Shown piece by piece: positions 1-9,140 of a stretch of DNA of 64,000 nucleotides; within the stretch, counting starts at the first letter, position 1, and each line of letters starts with the position of its first letter. The position numbers and the translations under genes are program-made. Source of the stretch: Vicinamibacterales bacterium (GTDB lineage Bacteria > Acidobacteriota > Vicinamibacteria > Vicinamibacterales > 2-12-FULL-66-21); assembly GCA_035492775.1 (NCBI GenBank), contig DATJIW010000082.1, positions 6,473 to 70,472 on the forward strand, written 5' to 3'. Below the pieces are notes generated by a model that saw nothing but the letters and a program-made list of their open reading frames with translations, was not told where the DNA came from and did no database searches.

Positions 1-715
1 TCCAGTTCACGGACACTCGAACGACGGGCACGTCGCCTTCGAGCCGAGGGGCGCGCAGCAACACGATCATCGCTCGCGTGAACGCACCGTCTATGTCGGC
101 GTCGGGATAGCCGAGATCACGGTATGCCTCTGCAATCCGCGGCTTCAGCGTCTCGTAAAGCTTTGCGGTGTTCCGCGCGTCAAGGCTGGCGACGGCGTCG
201 GCGTACGCGTCGTAGCGGTGATAGCTCGCCTGGTCGATGACGGGCCCCTTCGGTGTGTCCCGCGTTTCGAAAGGCGCGCTCGGCCGCTGCGATTGAAGCG
301 CCTTGATGGGGGTCGCGCCACCCGAGACACTCACGACGACCAGGGCAAAGTTGCGCAACAGTCCATCGGTCGCGAGCCACGCCGCGACGCGAGGATGTGA
401 GGAGAGCTGCGACACGAGCTGCCGCACCAGTGGATCTGTCTCGTCGAGCGGAGGCAATGCGATGTGGTCACCCTCGACCGCCTGGGGTCGCGTCCGCTGC
501 GGAGTGACCGGCTCGGTCGTCTTGAGCACTTGAACGCCGGGCGCCTGCTGCACCGGCGTTGCGCGACGCGTCCAGAAAAATGCCCCGAGACCGATAATCG
601 CGATGACCGCGATCACCACCGCCGGCACCAGCAGGGATGGTGATGGCGTCGGTGGTTGTGCCAGCGGACCAGACCGGCTGGGCTCGTTGAGGCGCAGGTC
701 GTCGAATTCCGCCAT
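1..715 (-). CDS. DUF3014-like membrane-anchored protein (3' part runs off the left edge)
   Basis: My own translation of the minus strand from ATG (cat at 713-715) gives MAEFDDLRLNEPSRSG... There is one TM helix (LLVPAVVIAVIAIIGLGAFFW), then LPPLDETDPLVRQLVSQLSSHPRVAAWLATDGLLRNF, a pattern I associate with DUF3014. The frame stays open to position 1, so it is absent from the ORF track. Confidence 0.5.
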   Translation of the reverse strand, partial: MAEFDDLRLNEPSRSGPLAQPPTPSPSLLVPAVVIAVIAIIGLGAFFWTRRATPVQQAPGVQVLKTTEPVTPQRTRPQAVEGDHIALPPLDETDPLVRQLVSQLSSHPRVAAWLATDGLLRNFALVVVSVSGGATPIKALQSQRPSAPFETRDTPKGPVIDQASYHRYDAYADAVASLDARNTAKLYETLKPRIAEAYRDLGYPDADIDGAFTRAMIVLLRAPRLEGDVPVVRVSVNW

Positions 716-748
716 GCGAGGACCTCAGGGGGACATTGTACTGGGTCT

Positions 749-804
749 GTGCTCGGTGCTCGGTGCTCGGTGCTTGGTGCTCGGTGCCCGGTGCTTGGTG
801 CTCG
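749..804. repeat. Tandem heptamer repeat, 8 copies of GTGCTCG (variants GTGCTTG x2, GTGCCCG x1)
   Basis: Read directly: gtgctcg gtgctcg gtgctcg gtgcttg gtgctcg gtgcccg gtgcttg gtgctcg. It is intergenic, between the stop of the 879-3083 gene and the start of the DUF3014-like gene, both on the minus strand. Confidence 0.9.
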
Positions 805-878
805 GAGGGCTTCGAGAGCTCTGCTATACGTGTGTCGGGCAAACGGCAGACGAGTACGACCGGACGAGTCGTTGACGA

Positions 879-3083
879 TCAGCGATCAGCCTGGCTCGGC
901 CAACCAGTCATCATCACGATCGACGGCCGGCGTGCGGGCACCTTGACGAGAAACCGTTGACCGTCCGGCGACACATCGTAGGTATTGCCCACGAGACCAG
1001 TCTCCGCCATCGCGTTCGTGGAACATAGTGTTTCCGGTGAACCGATCGCCAGTCCGTCCTGCACCGCGACTGCCATCAGGCGGCCGTCCGGCGCCATGTA
1101 GAACAGCTCATGGCCATCAGCCCTCCAACGAGGAGCGGAGCCATCCGCAGTGATTTGAGACTGCCCCTGCCCGCCAGGCCAGGGCCGCACGAAAAGCGTG
1201 CTGTGCGGAACTCGGGAATCACTGACGTTGAGCGTGTAAGCTACGGACGTACCATTCGGCGAAATGCGCCCCGATAGTTCGCCATAGCTCGAATCAGCTG
1301 CGATTGTCGGCGGCGTACGGCTGTCTTCGGCAGTGCGGACCATCCAAACGGCTCCGCCGTGACCAGATTGGGAGGTGCTGTAGTACAGCACCTCCTTCAT
1401 CCAGGCGATCGGTGTGAGCTCGTGTAGTGAGGCATGCTCCAGAAGCGGCCGCTCCACGCCAAGGTTTGCAACGTTGATCTCATACAGTTGCCAGCCGTTG
1501 GCTCCGCTGTCGCGCGCGAACACGGCGCGCGTGCCGTCCTCTGACCAAAGAGGTGTCAAGTCGGATCCCGGATCGAACGTGACGCGCGTCGCCGATTTCC
1601 AATCCGGGTCATGGAGCCACAGATCGTACGTGCCGCGCAGGGGATCGAGTTGCGATACGAGCACGCGGCCATCGAGAGAAACCGCGAACGCGTGGAACAG
1701 GCCTTCCGGCCCGGTCGAGATCGCGTTTCCTGAACGCGAGATCCACTGAAGCCGGGTGACGACGGGTTCGCGGTATGCGAGGACGCCGGCATTCGACGCG
1801 GAGAATGCCGCGCGGGTTGTCACCGGGTTGAACCACACGCGATCCGCAACCGGCGTGATGTCCGCGCCAACCTCGCCGCGCTCCGGATCGAATCGTCTCG
1901 CGACGAGAGCACCGCCGGATGCGTACACCAGATAGCCGTCGCTGTACACAGCCGACGACGCGCTGTCCAGCAGACGACGCGGAGCGGTGCCGTCGAGCGT
2001 CCCCACGTAGATGCCGCGATTGGCGCGCATGAGGACCGTGAAGAGGAAGTGTTGCCCGTCGGGAAGGAAGAATGGCCACAGACACTCTTCACATTCGCCA
2101 AGGCCCGGTGGGCGCACGCGGCTCGCATCGCCGCCGGAGGCGCGCACCTGGTACAGTCCACCGCCAATCAGCGTGAACAGGATGACGTTGCGGGAGCTCC
2201 AGCTGCCGGCCAGGGCGTTCGCATTGGAGGGTAGTTGAGAGATCGTGCGCACCTCTCCATCTGAAACATCAATCCTGCGCAAGGCCCCGCGCGAAAAAAA
2301 CGCGATCGAACGGCTGTCGAACGACCAGAACGGCTGTGAGGCATCCTCGGTTCCTGGCAGCGGCCGGCTCACGCGCGAATCCGATGAACGGAGGTAGAGG
2401 CGATCCTGTCGATTCGCGTCCTCGGCCAGGAACGCGAGCTGCCGTCCGTCCGGAGAAAGCGCGATTGCCCCTCCCGAACTGCTGAACCGGGCGCCCTCCG
2501 GCTCGAACACCTCGAACGTCGTCGCAGGCCGCGACCGGTTCGGCTCCGGCCTGCGCACCCATGACGCCACAAGCGCGGCGAGCACGATCCCGGATCCAAC
2601 GCCGATGGTGAATGAAAGAAGCCGTGGGCGGATGGCCCACGCGTGACGACTTTGCGGCCGGGGCTGCGACACGGTCTCGCCTGCAACGAGATCGGGTACG
2701 ACGTGATTTCCGTTCACCACCTCAACGGGAGCCACGAACCGGTAGCCCTCTCGGGGCACCGTCACCACGTAATGCGGTGAATCTGCCGTCTCGCCGAGCG
2801 CTCTCCGGATCGTCGAGATGTTCTGCGCGAGCGTGTCCTCCTGAACGAATGTGCCGGGCCAGACCTGTTTGAGCAGGTCCTCCTTCGACACGGTCTGACC
2901 GGCCGCTCGGATCAGGACTTCGAGGGTCTCGAATGCCTTGGTGGTGAGAGGGACCGGCGTCCCCCCGCTGAGCAGACGCTTCGCCCGCGTGTCGAGGGCA
3001 TAGGGCCCGAAGACGAGCGTGAGTCCCTCGCCCGCCGCGCGATCGGACGGCCTATCGCCGGGAGACCCATTCGAAAGAGTCAC
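879..3083 (-). CDS. CadC/OmpR-type winged-helix transcriptional regulator fused to a TM segment and a TolB-like beta-propeller region
   Basis: 734 aa ORF. The N-terminus (FGPYALDTRAKRLLSGGTPVPLTTKAFETLEVLIRAAGQTVSKEDLLKQVWPG...VVTVPREGYRFVAP) is a trans_reg_C-type wHTH. A hydrophobic segment (LLSFTIGVGSGIVLAALVASWV) follows, then repeated S(P/L)DG..(L/I)(A/V)F motifs typical of TolB/WD40-like propellers. Confidence 0.8.
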   Translation of the reverse strand: MTLSNGSPGDRPSDRAAGEGLTLVFGPYALDTRAKRLLSGGTPVPLTTKAFETLEVLIRAAGQTVSKEDLLKQVWPGTFVQEDTLAQNISTIRRALGETADSPHYVVTVPREGYRFVAPVEVVNGNHVVPDLVAGETVSQPRPQSRHAWAIRPRLLSFTIGVGSGIVLAALVASWVRRPEPNRSRPATTFEVFEPEGARFSSSGGAIALSPDGRQLAFLAEDANRQDRLYLRSSDSRVSRPLPGTEDASQPFWSFDSRSIAFFSRGALRRIDVSDGEVRTISQLPSNANALAGSWSSRNVILFTLIGGGLYQVRASGGDASRVRPPGLGECEECLWPFFLPDGQHFLFTVLMRANRGIYVGTLDGTAPRRLLDSASSAVYSDGYLVYASGGALVARRFDPERGEVGADITPVADRVWFNPVTTRAAFSASNAGVLAYREPVVTRLQWISRSGNAISTGPEGLFHAFAVSLDGRVLVSQLDPLRGTYDLWLHDPDWKSATRVTFDPGSDLTPLWSEDGTRAVFARDSGANGWQLYEINVANLGVERPLLEHASLHELTPIAWMKEVLYYSTSQSGHGGAVWMVRTAEDSRTPPTIAADSSYGELSGRISPNGTSVAYTLNVSDSRVPHSTLFVRPWPGGQGQSQITADGSAPRWRADGHELFYMAPDGRLMAVAVQDGLAIGSPETLCSTNAMAETGLVGNTYDVSPDGQRFLVKVPARRPSIVMMTGWPSQADR

Positions 3084-3256
3084 CAGGAACCCCCAGGACG
3101 AGTGTACGCGGGTGTCGTTCCTCTGATCAGGGGATTTCAGCCTTTTTCAGCGGGTCTTTCAAGACTTTTCGCGCTCTCGTGCGGCATCTTCCCGGCGACT
3201 CCGATCGGGGAAGGCTGACCGCCTGTCGGCACCCGGATCGACACCGAGGAGACATC

Positions 3257-4822
3257 ATGAAACGCGCGTTTTCTATCGGCGTGCTCGCGTGCACCCTGAC
3301 CATGTACGGAGGATACAACCAGTCCCTGCGGGCTTCGACGGACCGTACTTCATTCGTCGTTCCCGCTGCGGACTGCGCCGACATGCTGTTGCTGAACATT
3401 CCGGACACCGAAATGGTGTCGGCCACGGCGGTGCCTGCGAATGGACCGCTGCCTGCCCACTGCCGCGTCGTCGGCATAACCCACGGTGAACCAGGCTCGA
3501 ATGTGACCGTCGAAGTGCGTATGCCGAACACATGGAACAGCAAGCTGCTGATGACGACGCGGCAGGCCTACATGGGATTGCTTGCGCCTCTGGGCAACCC
3601 GGCGATATCGACGGCGCTCTCCCGGTTCTATACAACCATCACGACCGACAGCGGCCACGCTGGGGCGAACATCTTCGACGCCTCGTTCGGCTTGAACAAC
3701 CGTCCGGCGGAAATTGATTTCGGCTACCGCGGGACGCACCTGTCCCGCGTGTTCGCACAGGCGTTGACACAAGCGTACTATGCCAGCGGTCCCCTCTATG
3801 CGTACTACAACGGATGCTCGAGCAGCGGCCGCTACGCCCTGCAATCCGCCGAGCATTATCCGGGCGACTTCGACGGCATCATTGCCGGCTCGCCGGCCCT
3901 CGACCTGTCGGGCATCGTCATCGACGAAAACTGGATTGCGCAGTCGCAGGTGGCGGCACCGCTCCCGACTTCCAAGCTGCCGGTGATTTTCAACGCGGTG
4001 ATGACCGCATGCGACGGTCTGGACGGCCTGACCGACGGCCTCATCGACGATCCGCGGAACTGCCATTTCGACGTGGATTCGCTGCTCTGCGCGGACGGCG
4101 ACGCACCCGACTGCCTCACGGCGCCGCAGGTCGCAACGCTCAGGAGAATTTACGAGGGTGCGATCAATTCCGCTGGCGAGCGGCTGTATCCCGGTTATGC
4201 GTTCGGAGGAGAACTTCCTGATCCCGTCGGCGGTCAGGGCTGGGATGCATACATTACGAACCCGTCGCCGATTGGCGTCGCGCTGCAGGATCAATACCTC
4301 AGGTATCTGGCGTTCGAGATCGATGATCCGGCGTTCGATTGGCATACCTTCAACTTCGATCTCGATCCACCGCGAATGACGACGATGCATCGAATCTTCG
4401 ATCCGGTTCAGGACGATCTCACCGGGTTCTCGAATGCAGGCGGCAAGATGATCATCTACCAGGGCTGGGCCGACATCGCGGTATCGCCCTATCGGACGCT
4501 GCAGTACTACGTTGGCCTCCGCAACCATGCAGGCCGGCGCGCCGTCGAGGACTACGCACGGTTGTTCATGGTGCCCGGCATGTACCACTGCGGCGGCGGC
4601 ATTGGTCCGAACACGTTCGATGCGTTGACGGCGCTCGAACAGTGGGTGGAGCACGGCCAGGCGCCAGCATCCCTAACCGCCACCAAGACGGCCGGACCGG
4701 GCACGAATCGTTCCCGTCCGCTCTGCCCGTACCCGCAGCATGCGATTTATAAAGGCAGCGGCAGCATCGACGACGCCGCGAACTTCGAGTGCCGGGGTGC
4801 GCCGCTCGGCTCAGACAAATAA
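3257..4822 (+). CDS. Tannase / feruloyl esterase family alpha/beta hydrolase, secreted
   Basis: ATG at 3257 is preceded by GAGGA (3246-3250). Signal-like N-terminus MKRAFSIGVLACTL. Nucleophile elbow GCSSSGR followed by FDGIIAGSPALD, plus several conserved Cys, as in the tannase/feruloyl esterase family. The ORF-track start at 3179 is rejected in favour of the RBS-supported ATG. Confidence 0.75.
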   Translation: MKRAFSIGVLACTLTMYGGYNQSLRASTDRTSFVVPAADCADMLLLNIPDTEMVSATAVPANGPLPAHCRVVGITHGEPGSNVTVEVRMPNTWNSKLLMTTRQAYMGLLAPLGNPAISTALSRFYTTITTDSGHAGANIFDASFGLNNRPAEIDFGYRGTHLSRVFAQALTQAYYASGPLYAYYNGCSSSGRYALQSAEHYPGDFDGIIAGSPALDLSGIVIDENWIAQSQVAAPLPTSKLPVIFNAVMTACDGLDGLTDGLIDDPRNCHFDVDSLLCADGDAPDCLTAPQVATLRRIYEGAINSAGERLYPGYAFGGELPDPVGGQGWDAYITNPSPIGVALQDQYLRYLAFEIDDPAFDWHTFNFDLDPPRMTTMHRIFDPVQDDLTGFSNAGGKMIIYQGWADIAVSPYRTLQYYVGLRNHAGRRAVEDYARLFMVPGMYHCGGGIGPNTFDALTALEQWVEHGQAPASLTATKTAGPGTNRSRPLCPYPQHAIYKGSGSIDDAANFECRGAPLGSDK

Positions 4823-4851
4823 GAGACGGGTTCGCGCGGTTTTGAAAGTGA

Positions 4852-4872
4852 GGGGCCGCTGCCGGCGGCCCC
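4852..4872. terminator. GC-rich hairpin between convergent genes (possible bidirectional terminator)
   Basis: GGGGCCGC-tgccg-GCGGCCCC, an 8 bp perfect stem. It lies between the esterase stop (4822) and the receptor stop (4902). The U-tract is poor (ttcgc). Confidence 0.4.
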
Positions 4873-4901
4873 TTCGCGCCATGCGTTGATGCGGAGCGGC
4901 T

Positions 4902-7673
4902 TCAGCGTCCGAGGTTCAGCCGAACGCCAACCATCGTGCGGCGAGGATCGACGAACCGCGTGGGACCAGCGAAAGTGGTGCTGAATCGATTGTCGGATGC
5001 CAGCGCCTCCTCGGCGGCGTCGTTCAGGACGTTGAGTTCGTCGAGCATCAGTTCGATCCTTCCGACGCCTCCAGCGCGGAACGTCTTGGAGATCCGCACG
5101 TCGAGCAGAGACTGTGCCGAGAGGCGGCGCGAGCCGCGCGGTTCGAGCAGGATTCGTCGGCTGCCCTGTGGCAGCAGCACCTGCGTCGTCGCCGCCCACG
5201 GCTTGCCGCTGAAAGACTGCAGATTGGCCGCCACGAGAAAGTCCCGCCAGGGAAGGTGCGCGCTGACCGTCGCACGGAAAACCTGCGGGCGATCGTTCGG
5301 CATCCGGCCCGTCGCGTTCGTGAGGTCATTCGGGTCCTGACCGAATGTCAGAACCTTCGCGCGCGCAATCGTGCTGTACTGCGCCGCGTCTGCCGTCCCA
5401 TTGCTGATCACTTGACGGCCGATTGCGCGAGAGTATGTGTAGGACGCGGACGCCTGCCACCCATTCCCGTATGGCCTCTCCATTGCGACGACCAGGCCGT
5501 CGTAGTGAAGAAACAGGCTGGGGGGATTCGTGAGCACGAAGCGGCGTGCGGACGTGCCGTTTGCCAGTTCGAATACCGGCACGATCGAGCCGTCGTTCAA
5601 CTGCCTCGTAGCGGGACGGTACTCGCCCCCGACGTCGGTCCAACCGATGAAGTCATTCCCTCGCTTTTTGATGTACGCAGCGGATATGCGGACGGTTCGG
5701 GCGATCGAGCGATCCACTATGAGCGAGAACTCGTCCGTGTGTGGGGGACGCGTGTGAGGATCTATAGAGATATTCAGACGTGGATCGACCTCGGAAACGA
5801 ACCGGGTATAGTCACCGGTCGCCGGGTCATACGCCATCGTTCTGATCGGCGTGTTTCCCGGCGACACCGGATCGAGTTCGCCGGTCAGCACGCCTTGATT
5901 GAATCGGCCGTACGTCGCTCGCAGCACAGTGAGGCCGGTCGTATCGAGCTTGAAAATGGCGCCGATACGCGGCGAAAACACGTTCCACGTATACAGCGTG
6001 CCAAGGCCTGTCGTGACCGTCGCCGTTTCGTTTCCCTCCGTGTCGAGCGCCGAAAGGTCCTGGCTGAGGGCCCGGCTGTGATCGAATCGCAACCCGGCGT
6101 CGATGGTCAGCCGGTCCCCGATGGCCATGGAATCGCTTCCGAACAGGCCCAGCGTCTTCGAAACGCCGCCCGCGTGCGACGGATCACGAAAAACAGCCAG
6201 GAATGGCATGCCGTCGCTGTCGATGTACTGCACGCCTCCAGGCAGGAACTGCCGCAATCGATGTTCGCCGCGCTCGAACTCTCCGCCAAGCCTGAAAAGG
6301 TGGTGGCCGAGTGTCCCTTGCTCGTAGCGGTTGAGAATGCCTTTCACCGTGATTCGGTCGAGCAGGAACGAACCGAGGGGAGAAGCATTGCCGCTCGAAA
6401 CTCCGGTGGACTGATCGATTCGAGCCGGTGTCGTGCGGTCACCTGAACTGGGATCGTCGTTCTGATGCATCATGAAGCGGCCCACGCGTGCCTCCCACAT
6501 CGTGCGGCTCGATACGGTGTGTGTGAGATGGGCGAATGTCATGCTCGGCACTGATGCGTTGGTGCGGTCTGTTGCGACGAAGGGTGTGGCGAGCGTAGGC
6601 GGCGTCGGGTCGACCCAGAATTCCTCGTGAAAGCTGTTCATCAGCCAAAGCGACGGTGTGATTCGCGACGTCACCTTTGCGAAGATCTTGTTTTGCTGGT
6701 AGGTCCGTGGAAACGCCGGATCGGCCCCCGGCTGACTGTCGTAATCCCGCAAGTACTGGTACGCGCCGAACACCCAGACCCGGTCTCGTTTCGCGGGACC
6801 GCCCAACAATGCCGTCAGATCGCGGTACCTGACGCGCTCGTATCCGCTGGACGGTTGGGTGCCGTCCGATACGGCGAGCACGACCGGCTGCGCCGTGAGG
6901 CTCGAGGGCTGCGCGTAATACGATGCCTCACCGCTGAACCGCGCGCTGCCCTGCCTCGTCACGACGCTGACGACCCCGCCCTGGATGTTTCCGTGCTCGA
7001 CCGAGGCCCCGATCGATACGACGTCGACTTCCTGGATGACGTCGACGATCGGCTCGGCGCGCGCGACGCCCTGGCAGGGACACGTGAAGTCCGTTCCATC
7101 GATGAGGAACGCGTTCTCGTTCACTCCGGAGCCGAATGTCGAGATCGTGCCGTTGGTTCCGCTCGAAGGCGAGGTGGGCGACACGCCCGGTGCGCTCCTG
7201 ACGAGATCGAACATGCTGAACCGGCGCATCGGGATCGTCCGGATGTAGTCGGAGTCGAAGCGGGTTTCGAGTCCGCTGTTGCGTAAATCGATCGGCGGCG
7301 CCGTCACGCTCACCGACTCCACGATGCCGGCCACCGGCAGCACAATCGCGATCTCGATGGCGGCACCGGCTCCGACGCCGATACCCTCTTTGAGATGGGG
7401 AGCGAACCGAGGCGGCAGCTCCACGCTCAACGCGTAACGGCCAGGCGGCAGCGCGGCGAAGCGCCACTCGCCTTTGTCGTCGGAAAAGGTGTGTCGTTCT
7501 CCGCCAATCAGCGCCGGCGAGGTGATGCGGACGACCGCATCTCGGATGCTATTGCCCTGCTGATCCTTGACCGACCCGTTGAGCGATCCCGTCAAGGACT
7601 GCGCGGCTGTACCGATCGGCAGCGCCCCGACGAGTGCCAGCGCCAACAACCCGACCCATCTGCGACAGTGCAT
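4902..7673 (-). CDS. TonB-dependent receptor-like outer-membrane protein with N-terminal carboxypeptidase-regulatory-like domain
   Basis: I take the start at ATG 7673 (MHCRRWVGLLALALVGALPIGTAAQS, a signal peptide). Next comes GSVKDQQGNSIRDAVVRITSP...DDKGEWRFAALPPGRYAL (CarboxypepD_reg-like), then a plug-like region and a long beta-rich C-terminus. The 146 upstream codons of the ORF track are Arg/His-rich and cross the divergent promoter, so I reject them. Confidence 0.7.
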   Translation of the reverse strand: MHCRRWVGLLALALVGALPIGTAAQSLTGSLNGSVKDQQGNSIRDAVVRITSPALIGGERHTFSDDKGEWRFAALPPGRYALSVELPPRFAPHLKEGIGVGAGAAIEIAIVLPVAGIVESVSVTAPPIDLRNSGLETRFDSDYIRTIPMRRFSMFDLVRSAPGVSPTSPSSGTNGTISTFGSGVNENAFLIDGTDFTCPCQGVARAEPIVDVIQEVDVVSIGASVEHGNIQGGVVSVVTRQGSARFSGEASYYAQPSSLTAQPVVLAVSDGTQPSSGYERVRYRDLTALLGGPAKRDRVWVFGAYQYLRDYDSQPGADPAFPRTYQQNKIFAKVTSRITPSLWLMNSFHEEFWVDPTPPTLATPFVATDRTNASVPSMTFAHLTHTVSSRTMWEARVGRFMMHQNDDPSSGDRTTPARIDQSTGVSSGNASPLGSFLLDRITVKGILNRYEQGTLGHHLFRLGGEFERGEHRLRQFLPGGVQYIDSDGMPFLAVFRDPSHAGGVSKTLGLFGSDSMAIGDRLTIDAGLRFDHSRALSQDLSALDTEGNETATVTTGLGTLYTWNVFSPRIGAIFKLDTTGLTVLRATYGRFNQGVLTGELDPVSPGNTPIRTMAYDPATGDYTRFVSEVDPRLNISIDPHTRPPHTDEFSLIVDRSIARTVRISAAYIKKRGNDFIGWTDVGGEYRPATRQLNDGSIVPVFELANGTSARRFVLTNPPSLFLHYDGLVVAMERPYGNGWQASASYTYSRAIGRQVISNGTADAAQYSTIARAKVLTFGQDPNDLTNATGRMPNDRPQVFRATVSAHLPWRDFLVAANLQSFSGKPWAATTQVLLPQGSRRILLEPRGSRRLSAQSLLDVRISKTFRAGGVGRIELMLDELNVLNDAAEEALASDNRFSTTFAGPTRFVDPRRTMVGVRLNLGR

Positions 7674-7732
7674 TCTCCACCGCGTGTGGAGGGAAGCATA
7701 TACCTGCCGTGCGGGCCGGTTTTTACAATACA

Positions 7733-7755
7733 TTACACATATAGTATAAGTGTAA
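7733..7755. promoter_or_regulatory. Inverted repeat TTACAC-N11-GTGTAA in an AT-rich divergent promoter region
   Basis: 7721-7757 is conspicuously AT-rich in a GC-rich window. It sits between the divergent starts at 7673 (-) and 7758 (+). The 6 bp arms were read directly. Confidence 0.25.
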
Positions 7756-7757
7756 GC

Positions 7758-8252
7758 ATGACCGGTGAAGACTATCGCGCCGCTCTCGACGCGGCGATCC
7801 GCGAATACGAAGACCTCGGCGCGAAGCGCCGCGAAATCGACGCGCGCCTCTCGGCGCTCGCGCAGACGATCGGGACCCTCTCGCGACTGATGGGATTCAC
7901 GCCAACGGTGCCCCTCGGTCTCACCGATGCCTGTCGTCTCGTGCTCCGCGCAGGCGTGCCCATGACGCCCGTGGAAGTGCGGGACCGGCTGTTGGCAATT
8001 GGCGTGGACCTCTCGATCTACGTGAGCGAACTGTCCGCCATCCACACCGTGCTCAAGCGCCTGAACGAGGCCGGGGAAGTCCGTCTGATCCCTGGGTCTT
8101 CCGGGCGCCACTCCTATCTCTGGCAGGCGCCCCCACGTGCGATCGCGCTCGGGCCGGACATTGCGCAGGCGATTCGCGAAGGGCGGACGCAGGTGCTGAC
8201 AGATGAAACCGGCGCCGGAGCACGGACCAAACCACGAAAGAGGAAGCGATGA
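7758..8252 (+). CDS. Hypothetical protein (helical N-terminus, basic tail)
   Basis: Internal ATG of ORF 7395-8252, immediately after the AT-rich promoter: MTGEDYRAALDAAIREYEDLGAKRREIDARLSAL...KPRKRKR. Its stop overlaps the next start (ATGA at 8249-8252). No family recognised. Confidence 0.45.
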   Translation: MTGEDYRAALDAAIREYEDLGAKRREIDARLSALAQTIGTLSRLMGFTPTVPLGLTDACRLVLRAGVPMTPVEVRDRLLAIGVDLSIYVSELSAIHTVLKRLNEAGEVRLIPGSSGRHSYLWQAPPRAIALGPDIAQAIREGRTQVLTDETGAGARTKPRKRKR

Positions 8253-9109
8253 GCACGACGACCGCTGAATGGCGAAGATTCTTCGCGGAGGAAATCCAGA
8301 TCGTCGCGAATATCAGGACACCGGCAATCGTGGACGCATTCGCAACAGTCCCGCGCGAGGCGTTCCTGCCGCCGGGACCATGGACGATTCGCGGCGACTC
8401 GGACCTCCAGTCAGGCCCGCGGCAGACGCCTGGCGCAGATCCGCGCTTCGTTTCTCATAACGTCGCCATCGCAATCGAGCCGGAGCGGATGCTCTTCAAC
8501 GGAGCACCAGGCCTGCTGGCGACGGCAATCGATGCGCTCGAACCCGAGGCGGGCAACCGCGCGCTGCACCTCGGCGCGGGAACGGGATACTACTCTGCCA
8601 TTCTTGCCGCCGTCGTGGGGTCCACCGGCCGCGTGCTGGCGCTCGAAGTGGACGACACGCTTGCCGGACGCGCACGCAATACGCTCGCGGCCGCGCCGCA
8701 CGTGGAAGTCCGCGCGAGCGACGGAACGAAGCCATTCGAGGAGACCTTCGACATCGCTCTAGTCAATGCCGGACTCACGCACGTCCCGGCGCATCTGCTC
8801 GACGCGATGCAACCGGGCGGACGACTGGTCGTTCCGATTACGGCGACGATGCCGGGGATGGGCAACATCGGCAAAGGGCTGCTCATCCGTATGGTCAATT
8901 CCGGCGGCGATCGCTGGCCCGTGCGCGTCATCACGTTCGTTGCGATCTATTCGGCGGTCGGGCTGCGCGACGAGGCGCTCAACGCCGCGATAGGCCAGGC
9001 GCTCGGACGGCACCCGTTTCCGCCGATCAAGAGCCTGCGCCGCGATCCGCACGAGTCCGACGCATCATGCTGGTGCCATACGCCGGGCGCGTGCCTGTCG
9101 CTCACTTAA
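8249..9109 (+). CDS. Protein-L-isoaspartate O-methyltransferase (PCMT)-family SAM methyltransferase with C-terminal extension
   Basis: VPREAFLPPGPW, then the SAM motif LHLGAGTGYYSAILAAVVGSTGRVLALEVD, then GGRLVVPI. At 286 aa it is longer than canonical Pcm. Confidence 0.65.
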   Translation: MSTTTAEWRRFFAEEIQIVANIRTPAIVDAFATVPREAFLPPGPWTIRGDSDLQSGPRQTPGADPRFVSHNVAIAIEPERMLFNGAPGLLATAIDALEPEAGNRALHLGAGTGYYSAILAAVVGSTGRVLALEVDDTLAGRARNTLAAAPHVEVRASDGTKPFEETFDIALVNAGLTHVPAHLLDAMQPGGRLVVPITATMPGMGNIGKGLLIRMVNSGGDRWPVRVITFVAIYSAVGLRDEALNAAIGQALGRHPFPPIKSLRRDPHESDASCWCHTPGACLSLT

Positions 9110-9140
9110 CGCAGATTCACTCCACTACAATGCATGGGAA

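Noticed and set aside
7721-7757. Fur box upstream of the TonB-dependent receptor
   Set aside because: The AT-rich region and the TTACAC/GTGTAA inverted repeat do not match the GATAATGATAATCATTATC consensus as I recall it. I keep it only as a generic low-confidence operator candidate.
7674-8111. 146-codon upstream extension of the TonB-dependent receptor ORF
   Set aside because: It crosses the AT-rich divergent promoter and overlaps the plus-strand small gene. The signal peptide starts at ATG 7673.
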